Position numbers and translations under genes: made by a program
Shown here: positions 1 through 7,001 of the stretch, piece after piece
How positions within the stretch are numbered: position 1 is the first letter of the stretch
How the letters are laid out: each line of letters begins with the position of its first letter
DNA from: Clostridia bacterium
Lineage (GTDB): Bacteria; Bacillota; Clostridia; Christensenellales; UBA1242
DNA length: 64,000 bases
Assembly (NCBI GenBank): GCA_900767835.1
Contig: CAAGAO010000025.1
Coordinates: 15,977-79,976 of the forward strand
Reading direction: 5' to 3'
The notes under the pieces: model-generated
Databases searched by the model: none
Told to the model about the DNA's origin: nothing
Seen by the model: the letters and a program-made list of their open reading frames with translations, nothing else

Positions 1-366
1 CCAGACAAAAAAGCAGAACTTGCGTTTATCGGTTGCCCACATCTTTCTTACTCTCAACTAGAAAATTGGGCTAAAGATATTTTAAATAGACTTGAAAATA
101 ACAAATCTAAAAAGGTTAAAGTAAGAACAATATTAACCACAAGTCCACAAGTACGTGAAAAATTTGCTAAAACCGAACTTTTTGAAAAACTCGGCAAAAC
201 TGGTGCAAAAATTTCTTGTATATGTCCATTAATGTACACAAATAACCCAATAGCGGGCAAACATCGTATTGCCACTTGCTCAAATAAACTAAGAACATAC
301 TCGTCTAGCAGATATTATACCAATGCCGAAATGCTAGATTTAGTTTGTGGAAAGGAGAAAAAGTAA
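1..366 (+). CDS. aconitase X (AcnX) catalytic-domain protein, DUF521 family; C-terminal fragment, 5' end outside window
   Basis: Frame 1 is open from base 1 to TAA 364-366 (not in the ORF track because there is no start in the window). ...ELAFIGCPHLSYSQL...ISCICPLMYTN...ATCSNKLRTY resembles DUF521 C-termini. It is followed directly by a DUF126 gene. Confidence 0.65.
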   Translation, partial: PDKKAELAFIGCPHLSYSQLENWAKDILNRLENNKSKKVKVRTILTTSPQVREKFAKTELFEKLGKTGAKISCICPLMYTNNPIAGKHRIATCSNKLRTYSSSRYYTNAEMLDLVCGKEKK

Positions 367-367
367 T

Positions 368-811
368 ATGAAAAAAACTTTTAAAGGCAGAGTAATTGCG
401 GGAGGAAATTTAAAAGGTGAGGCAGTTGTTAGTCTCTCAGGGGTCAACACTCTTGCAACCTTTCAAAAAAGTGCATTAAAAAATGCCAAACAGGTAATAG
501 TTAGTGACCAAAACAACCCCGACATTTACAAGAAAAATATAACAGGCAAAATTTTATGTTTGCCAAAAACTATTGGTTCGACAACAGGTGGCTTGGTTAT
601 TCAAACAATATGTTCAATGGGTATTAACCCTTCAGCAATGCTTTTCAGTGAAGAAATAGACTCACTTGCAGCAAGCGGAATAATTCTTGCCAAAAACTGG
701 GAAAATTCAAAAATCATAGCCATTGACAAACTTGGCAAAAACTTTTTAGAAACCGTAAAAACTGGTGATATAATAGAAATAAAACAAGATGGAACAGTCA
801 CAATTTTGTAA
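368..811 (+). CDS. aconitase X swivel-domain protein (DUF126 small subunit)
   Basis: ATG 368 follows GGAAAGGAG. The pattern GRVIAGGNLKGEAVVS...GKILCLPKTIGSTTGG...GINPSAMLF is typical of DUF126. It is coupled to the upstream DUF521 ORF. Confidence 0.7.
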   Translation: MKKTFKGRVIAGGNLKGEAVVSLSGVNTLATFQKSALKNAKQVIVSDQNNPDIYKKNITGKILCLPKTIGSTTGGLVIQTICSMGINPSAMLFSEEIDSLAASGIILAKNWENSKIIAIDKLGKNFLETVKTGDIIEIKQDGTVTIL

Positions 812-840
812 TTTGTTTCTCAATATTCATAAATTACTTT

Positions 841-877
841 TACCACTCATACATTAAGTTGTATGAGTGGTATTTTT
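841..877 (+). terminator. intrinsic terminator after the AcnX pair
   Basis: 12-bp stem TACCACTCATAC (841-852) / GTATGAGTGGTA (861-872), 8-nt loop, then TTTTT. Confidence 0.6.
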
Positions 878-1147
878 AATAGTATTTTATTGCAAGAAAA
901 TAAAAAAATATTAAACGAAATCAATAAAAAAGATGTTGTAAAGTTTATTGGTTTTTCACAAGATATATCACTAAAAATAAAACGCAGACTGCTTGAACTT
1001 GGTTTTGTGAAGGATACAATAATTACTTTATTACAAAAATCTTTTTTAAATGAAGTTTTGTTGATTGAATTGAATGGTTATTGTTTATCACTCCGGAGTG
1101 ATATTGCAAAATGCATTGTTGTAGAAAAAATATCAAAGGAGAACTAA
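863..1147 (+). CDS. feoA: ferrous iron transport protein A (FeoA)
   Basis: Small ORF overlapping the feoB start. VKFIGFS...RRLLELGF..DTIITLL......IELNGYCLSLRSDIAKCIVV is a FeoA/SH3-like pattern. The start is uncertain: ATG 863 lies inside the terminator stem and has no SD. Confidence 0.65.
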   Translation: MSGIFNSILLQENKKILNEINKKDVVKFIGFSQDISLKIKRRLLELGFVKDTIITLLQKSFLNEVLLIELNGYCLSLRSDIAKCIVVEKISKEN

Positions 1148-1149
1148 CT

Positions 1150-3351
1150 ATGCAAGATAAAAATGTTATTCTTCTAGGGAATCCAAACACAGGCAAAACA
1201 ACACTTTTTAATTCACTTACAAAGTCAAATGAGCATACAGGGAATTGGCATGGTGTAACGGTTGATTCAAAGGATAAAAAATATATATATAACAATCAAA
1301 AATTCAACCTTGTTGACTTGCCGGGGATATATTCATTGACACCATTATCCTATGAAGAAGAAGTCGCGGTTGGTTATCTTTATTCAAATAGAAAAACCCT
1401 AGTTGTGAACATTGTTGATATAAATAACATATATCGCAATTTGTATTTAACACTGGAATTATTAATGCTAAATCAACCAACAATTTTAGTTATAAATGAG
1501 ACCTCAAAACCGCAAAATTGCCTATATAATATTGATGAACAAAAATTACAAAAAATATTAGGAATTAAAGTAATTAAGTTAAATGCAGAAAATATAAAAC
1601 AAGTTGAAATATTAAAAAAAGAAATATTTAATTTTTATAATAATAAAACCGCGAAATTGCTTGAAAAATCAAGTAATTTTAATATTAATTCAAATTTTGA
1701 AATAAATAAAATGTTGCAACAAACGACAAAATTAATTAAAAATAATTTTGATGAAAAATTGGAAATAAATACTAAATATTTAGCATATAAATGTCTAGAA
1801 AATGATGAAAAAATTATTGATATTTTAAAATTATCCAACAAGCAAAAAATTGAACTCTCTTTATATCAAAAACAAATAAAACTAGAAGATTTAGCAAAAG
1901 ATAAATATGAACAAATAGACAACATTTTTAAAAGTGCAAACATAAAAAAGACAAAAAAGGTCTATGGCAAAAGTGTGCTTGATAAAATTGTTTTAAACAA
2001 ATATCTATGCTTGCCAATTTTTCTTTTAGTTTTACTTGCAGTGTTTTATTTAACTTTCTTTTCTCTTGGTTCTTATCTTAGTGATATGCTTTCAAACTTC
2101 ATTCAAGGCACAGTCAAAAATGGCTTTTTGTCACTAGTTAAAAGCATAACAAATAATGCTATAATTTATGACTTTTTTTCAACGGCAATAATTGATGGCT
2201 TGGGGGCAGTTTTATCCTTTTTACCACAGGTTGTAATATTGTTTTTATGTTTAGGCATTTTGGAAGATAGCGGTTATTTGTCAAGAGTCGCATTTTCGCT
2301 TGATGATATTTTTTCTAAAATAGGACTATCTGGTAAAAGTGTATATACTCTTTTAATGGGGTTTGGTTGTTCAACATCTGCATGCTTAACCGCTCGCACA
2401 ATGGACGATAAAAACTCACAAATCAAAACCGCAATGCTAGCACCATATATGAGTTGTAGTGCAAAACTTCCAATTTATGCAGTTATAGGTTCAGCCTTTT
2501 TTGGTGTAAATAATGTATTTGTCGTTTTTGCTATGTATATGTTAGGTGTTGTTGTGGCGTTGCTTTTAAGTGTTTTTTATGAAAAATCCTTTTTAAAAAG
2601 CAAAGCACAGTCCTTTATATTAGAATTTCCACCATATAGACTAACAAAACCAAAAAGACTTTTATATTTAACAATCGATAACATTAAAATGTTTCTAGTT
2701 AGAATTGGCACTCTTTTAATATCTGTAAACATTATAGTTTGGATACTTTCTAACTTTTCTTTTACCTTTACATTTGTAAAATCAACTGGCGAGGCGAGTA
2801 TGTTAGAAACCTTGGGAAAGGTTTTATCTCCAATTTTCATACCATTAGGTTTTGGCTCTTGGGGAGCAACATCGGCACTTCTTGCGGGACTTGTGGCAAA
2901 AGAAATTATTATTTCTAGCATTGCAATGTTTAATGGTGTTTCATTAAGCGATAAAACTTTAAATTCAAAAATATCTCAAAGTTTGAGAATAAGCACCAAC
3001 CCTGTTTGCTTTACTCCAGCCAGTGCTTTATCTTATATGGTCTTTTGTTTGTTGTATTCGCCATGTCTTGCAACAATAATGGTGCTTAGAAAGGAGATAG
3101 GTAAAAAGTGGACTTTTATTTCCATAATTGTTCAATTTGTTGTGGCTTATATAATGGCATTAATTGTCTATGCAAGCACTAGTATAATATTAAATAAAGG
3201 AATAGGTGTGTTTTTAATCTTTGCTTTGGTGTTTGTCTTGTGTTTGTTTGCTATAATTATGATAATCAAAAGATTTAAACACATAAAGTCGTGCAAAAAG
3301 TGTACTTCTTGTAAAAGCAAAAAAACGCATTGTAAAAAATGTAGTGATTAG
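1150..3351 (+). CDS. feoB: ferrous iron transporter FeoB
   Basis: AAGGAG RBS then ATG 1150. N-terminal G domain (GNPNTGKTTLFN, DLPG) plus a polytopic permease domain. Cys-rich C-terminal tail. Confidence 0.95.
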   Translation: MQDKNVILLGNPNTGKTTLFNSLTKSNEHTGNWHGVTVDSKDKKYIYNNQKFNLVDLPGIYSLTPLSYEEEVAVGYLYSNRKTLVVNIVDINNIYRNLYLTLELLMLNQPTILVINETSKPQNCLYNIDEQKLQKILGIKVIKLNAENIKQVEILKKEIFNFYNNKTAKLLEKSSNFNINSNFEINKMLQQTTKLIKNNFDEKLEINTKYLAYKCLENDEKIIDILKLSNKQKIELSLYQKQIKLEDLAKDKYEQIDNIFKSANIKKTKKVYGKSVLDKIVLNKYLCLPIFLLVLLAVFYLTFFSLGSYLSDMLSNFIQGTVKNGFLSLVKSITNNAIIYDFFSTAIIDGLGAVLSFLPQVVILFLCLGILEDSGYLSRVAFSLDDIFSKIGLSGKSVYTLLMGFGCSTSACLTARTMDDKNSQIKTAMLAPYMSCSAKLPIYAVIGSAFFGVNNVFVVFAMYMLGVVVALLLSVFYEKSFLKSKAQSFILEFPPYRLTKPKRLLYLTIDNIKMFLVRIGTLLISVNIIVWILSNFSFTFTFVKSTGEASMLETLGKVLSPIFIPLGFGSWGATSALLAGLVAKEIIISSIAMFNGVSLSDKTLNSKISQSLRISTNPVCFTPASALSYMVFCLLYSPCLATIMVLRKEIGKKWTFISIIVQFVVAYIMALIVYASTSIILNKGIGVFLIFALVFVLCLFAIIMIIKRFKHIKSCKKCTSCKSKKTHCKKCSD

Positions 3352-3422
3352 TTTTTAAATAAGATAAATACAACATAATTCTTTTCTTTAGAGTTATTGT
3401 AGTAACATTAGGCTTGTAAACA

Positions 3423-3513
3423 ACTATAGGAAGCGTTTGCTAACCGCAAACAAAATTATGCTTTTGCATAATTTTAAAAATTTTGCAAACTGCAAAATTT
3501 TGCTTCCTATAGT
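3423..3513. repeat. nested-hairpin element, copy A (outer stem enclosing three hairpins)
   Basis: Outer stem CTATAGGAAGC (3424-3434) / GCTTCCTATAG (3502-3512). Inner hairpins: GTTTGC-taacc-GCAAAC, AAAATTATGC-tttt-GCATAATTTT, AAAATTTTGCA-aac-TGCAAAATTTT. Confidence 0.8.
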
Positions 3514-3645
3514 ATTTTTAATAGGTCATATTTTTACTTTTTACTTTTTACTTTATTTATTGCTAAAAATAAGTAATAAAGTTTAAACAAATTAAGTCGC
3601 ATAATTTATCAAAAATTAGTCATACTAAAACAAAAAGGGGACTGT

Positions 3646-4278
3646 ATGACTTTTTCTATAATTCTTTTAGGAGTTTTGTTTATTTTGGTTTTGTTCAATG
3701 TAGGCGAAAGTATATATAAAAAATTAAATTTAAAAAAACGCGCTCTTATAATTGTTTTACTTATAACTATAGTTTTGTACTTTATTCCAGGCATTAAAAT
3801 AGGTAATTTTACTTTTACCTTGGCGGGCTTTTTTTTGCCACTTGTTTTTACTGCAATAATACTTATTAAAGTTAAAAATTTAAAAATGTATTTCAAAATT
3901 TTTGTAGCAACTCTTATATCATTTTCTTTAAACATTGTCTATAACTTAATAACTTTTGATGTTTACGAAAGTACCATACTTCAACCGTACTTGGTTTTGG
4001 GAATAATTTTAGGTGTTTTGCCCTTAATTTTAACATCAACACCACAAAACTTGTTTGCGTCTAACTTTTTAGGCATAACACTTTCAGAACTGGTTTTCTA
4101 TTACTCACGCTACTCAGTCTATGGCAACTATTATATGACCATAGGAAGCGAAAAGGTTTTTGCCACACTTTTAACATCTTTTGTAATATCCCTTTTGTCG
4201 TACTATTTATCTCGTAAAATAAAAGCACTCCACATAAAACACAAACTCACCAAAGCCGAAAAAGAAAGAACTATATAG
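3646..4278 (+). CDS. polytopic membrane protein, function unknown
   Basis: AAAGGGGA RBS then ATG. About 6 hydrophobic segments and a basic C-terminal tail. No family recognised. Confidence 0.6.
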   Translation: MTFSIILLGVLFILVLFNVGESIYKKLNLKKRALIIVLLITIVLYFIPGIKIGNFTFTLAGFFLPLVFTAIILIKVKNLKMYFKIFVATLISFSLNIVYNLITFDVYESTILQPYLVLGIILGVLPLILTSTPQNLFASNFLGITLSELVFYYSRYSVYGNYYMTIGSEKVFATLLTSFVISLLSYYLSRKIKALHIKHKLTKAEKERTI

Positions 4279-4331
4279 TGAGTTTACTATAAGCAGTGCA
4301 TATGTACAAAAATTTATTTAACCACAAACCT

Positions 4332-4427
4332 ATGCTTTTACAACTCAAATTTAGTTAACCATAAAACCTTTCCTCCCTGTCAGGGGAGGTTGATTTTGTG
4401 AAATCCAGCGCCCCTTAGCAGGGGAGC
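4332..4427 (+). repeat. CTGTCAGGGGAG-core repeat, short copy (E)
   Basis: Shares ATGCTTTTACAACTCAAATTTA, AAACCTTTCCTCCCTGTCAGGGGAG and TTGATTTTGTGA with the copy at 17349-17480. GC-rich hairpins at 4372-4389 and 4408-4427. Confidence 0.65.
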
Positions 4428-4568
4428 AAAAACATAAGTACTTGCCAAATTAATAAAAAAAGCATAGCATTGCTATTAAACAATGCTCTAATTCTTTTGT
4501 TATGATAATTTCCAAGTTTGTGCTCCATTGCCAAGGGGAGTTGTCATTTAGAATTAACATATTAAAAG

Positions 4569-4597
4569 TTCGCACAAAATCGTCGCGGATATATAAT
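4569..4597 (+). promoter_or_regulatory. candidate sigmaA promoter for der
   Basis: TTCGCA (4569-4574), 17-nt spacer, TATAAT (4592-4597). Confidence 0.45.
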
Positions 4598-4686
4598 TTT
4601 AACCTATTGTTTAATTTTTCAATTCTTTTATATCACTTTACAATTAACATCAAATTGTGTTATTCTTTTAAGATAAAGGAGAATGT

Positions 4687-6012
4687 ATGAAAAAGCCATT
4701 AGTTGCAGTAGTTGGTAGGCCAAATGTTGGTAAAAGCACTTTTTTTAATAAGATATGTGGCAAACGCATTAGTATTGTAGATGATACTCCAGGTGTTACT
4801 AGAGATAGAATTTATGCCGATGCTGAATGGTGTGGTTATAACTTTAGAATGGTAGACACTGGTGGTTTAGATGCAAAATCGGGAGATGTCTTTCAAGGCG
4901 ATATAAAACAACAAGCCGACATTGCCATTGACCTTGCTGATGTCATTATTTTTATGGTTGACGGAAAAGATGGAATAACTCAAAATGACCACGAAGTGGC
5001 TGATTATCTTCGTAAATGTAAAAAACCTATTGTTTTAGTTGTTAATAAACTAGATAATTTTGAAGTTGAAAATACCTACGAGTTCTATGATTTAGGCTTA
5101 GGAGAGCCATTTCCAATTTCGTGCGAGCAGTCTAAGGGCTTGGGCGAAGTTTTAGATGCTGTTGTTGCAAATTTTAAAGAGCGTAATTTAGATGACGAGC
5201 AAGATGACCGCATTAAAATTGCAATAGTAGGCAGACCAAATGTTGGTAAAAGTAGTATTACAAACCGAATTTTAGGGGAAGATAGAGTTGTTGTAAGTGA
5301 TGTTGCGGGAACAACTCGTGATGCTATAGAAACTGACTTTAACTTTAACGGACAAAAATACACTTTAATTGACACCGCTGGACTTAGAAGAAAAAGAGCA
5401 ATAGAGAATGAAACTATAGAAAGTTATTCGGTTATTCGCTCAATGGAAGCCATAAAAAGAGCAGATGTGGTTTTAATAGTTTTTGATTCTAGCGAAGAAA
5501 TATCCGAGCAAGATGTCCGAATTGCAGGCTATGTGCATGAAGAAGGCAAGCCATCAGTTGTGGTTATGAACAAGTGGGATAAAATTGATAACAAAGATGG
5601 CGGAACAATAAATAAATATTTAGCTGATTTAAAATTAAAGTTGTCTTTTATGGACTACTTTATTCCAGTGTTTACATCTGCGACAACAGGAAAACGCTTG
5701 TCAGAGGTTATAGAAAAGGTTAATCTTGCGTATAATAATGCAAACAAGAGAATTACCACTGGCAACTTAAACGAACTTTTATCAAGTGCAATTTTATCAA
5801 ATGAGCCACCTTATCGTAATGGCAGAAAATTAAAAATTCAATATATCACACAAGTGCAAGTTGCACCACCAACCTTTATTTTATTTGTAAATGATGCAAC
5901 ACTTATGCATTTTTCATATTTAAGATATTTAGAAAATCGTTTCCGTGATGCTGTAGACTTTTCAGGCACTCCAATAAAATTTATTACTAGAAGTAAAGAA
6001 GATAAAGAGTAG
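4687..6012 (+). CDS. der: ribosome-associated GTPase Der (EngA)
   Basis: Two tandem G domains (GRPNVGKST.., DTGG, NKLD; GRPNVGKSS.., DTAG, NKWD) plus a KH-like C-terminus. AAGGAG RBS. Confidence 0.95.
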   Translation: MKKPLVAVVGRPNVGKSTFFNKICGKRISIVDDTPGVTRDRIYADAEWCGYNFRMVDTGGLDAKSGDVFQGDIKQQADIAIDLADVIIFMVDGKDGITQNDHEVADYLRKCKKPIVLVVNKLDNFEVENTYEFYDLGLGEPFPISCEQSKGLGEVLDAVVANFKERNLDDEQDDRIKIAIVGRPNVGKSSITNRILGEDRVVVSDVAGTTRDAIETDFNFNGQKYTLIDTAGLRRKRAIENETIESYSVIRSMEAIKRADVVLIVFDSSEEISEQDVRIAGYVHEEGKPSVVVMNKWDKIDNKDGGTINKYLADLKLKLSFMDYFIPVFTSATTGKRLSEVIEKVNLAYNNANKRITTGNLNELLSSAILSNEPPYRNGRKLKIQYITQVQVAPPTFILFVNDATLMHFSYLRYLENRFRDAVDFSGTPIKFITRSKEDKE

Positions 6013-6093
6013 AATATATACTACAGGAAATGATAACAGAAAAATGATTAATTAAGGTTAACATATAAAAATAGTTTAAGTTTATACAAAGCA

Positions 6094-6138
6094 ATGCTTA
6101 TGCACTCAAACCAAAGTCACTCTCAAACCTTTGCTCCC
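6094..6138 (+). repeat. CTGTCAGGGGAG-family repeat, left-arm-only copy (F)
   Basis: ATGCTTATGCACTCAAA plus AAAGTCACTCTCAAACCTTTGCTCC matches the 5' flank and left arm of the 17349-17480 copy. No complementary right arm is present. Confidence 0.55.
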
Positions 6139-6289
6139 GAACAAAAAGAACTGGCATTTACAAAAGCAAATGACTGAGGGGTTTCCCTTCATATTAAAAA
6201 TAAATAACAATGACTGACAACAACAGCATTGTCGTTTACACAAATAAGTGTGCCTTTGTGAGCTTACAAATAAAAACAAGAAGGACTTT

Positions 6290-6997
6290 ATGAACATAAC
6301 TGTATTAAAATTTGTTTTATTAATATTAGGTGGCTATTTGCTAGGCAATTTTAGTTCGGCAAAATTTTTGTCACGACTAAAACATGACGATATAACAAAG
6401 CATGGCAGTGGCAATCCAGGAACAATGAATATGGCTAGAACCTATGGTTTTGGCTTAGGAATCTTAACCTTGTTTATGGACGCACTAAAAGGTGCAATTC
6501 CATCTTTTGTTGGCTTTGCTATTTTTGGTGGGCTTACTAATGCAACCGATTTAAGTTATATTGCTTTGTTTGTTGGCGGATTTTCCGCGATTTTAGGGCA
6601 TATTTTCCCAGTCTTTTATAAATTCAAAGGTGGTAAAGGAGTTGCGTGTATTTTTGGCGTTTTTGCTGTTTGCGAACCTCTTTGGACACTTATAATGCTT
6701 GTAGTTTGCTTTTTATATTTGTTAATTTTCAAATATGGAGCAATTGCATCATTTATTTTTATTACAATTTTAACAATAATAGAAGGTTATCGCTTTAGAG
6801 GAAATATTGTAATTTGTTTGCTCCTTTTTGGTATATTCTTTTTAATATGGTTTATGCACCGTCAAAACTTTTTTAGACTTTTAATAGGTAAAGAAAATAA
6901 GGTAAATTTATTCAAAAAGAAAAAGAACAAAGTCAAACTAAACAAACAAGAAAAGAAAGAAATCAAACAAGAAAATAAAAATAAAGAAATAGGTTAA
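6290..6997 (+). CDS. plsY: acyl-phosphate:glycerol-3-phosphate acyltransferase PlsY
   Basis: GSGNPGTMN motif, multi-TM protein, ATG 6290 after AGAAGGA. Lys-rich C-terminal extension. der-plsY adjacency is common in Firmicutes. Confidence 0.9.
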   Translation: MNITVLKFVLLILGGYLLGNFSSAKFLSRLKHDDITKHGSGNPGTMNMARTYGFGLGILTLFMDALKGAIPSFVGFAIFGGLTNATDLSYIALFVGGFSAILGHIFPVFYKFKGGKGVACIFGVFAVCEPLWTLIMLVVCFLYLLIFKYGAIASFIFITILTIIEGYRFRGNIVICLLLFGIFFLIWFMHRQNFFRLLIGKENKVNLFKKKKNKVKLNKQEKKEIKQENKNKEIG

Positions 6998-7001
6998 AAA
7001 T

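Noticed and set aside
1111-1149. Upstream extension of feoB (MHCCRKNIKGELT...)
   Set aside because: ATG 1150 has an AAGGAG RBS and gives the canonical FeoB N-terminus (M..K.VILLGNPNTGKTT). The extension merely overlaps the feoA 3' end.
3531-3551. TTTTTAC x3 tandem 7-mer downstream of cloverleaf copy A
   Set aside because: It is a very short, simple T-rich repeat, possibly curved DNA, and there is not enough signal to call a feature.
4502-4690. 62-aa plus-strand ORF upstream of der
   Set aside because: It has no RBS, it spans the candidate der promoter and ends inside the der RBS/start. Its composition is typical of an AT-rich spacer.
6106-6297. 63-aa minus-strand Cys-rich ORF between der and plsY
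   Set aside because: It overlaps the repeat fragment and the plsY start, has no RBS, and is probably a chance ORF.
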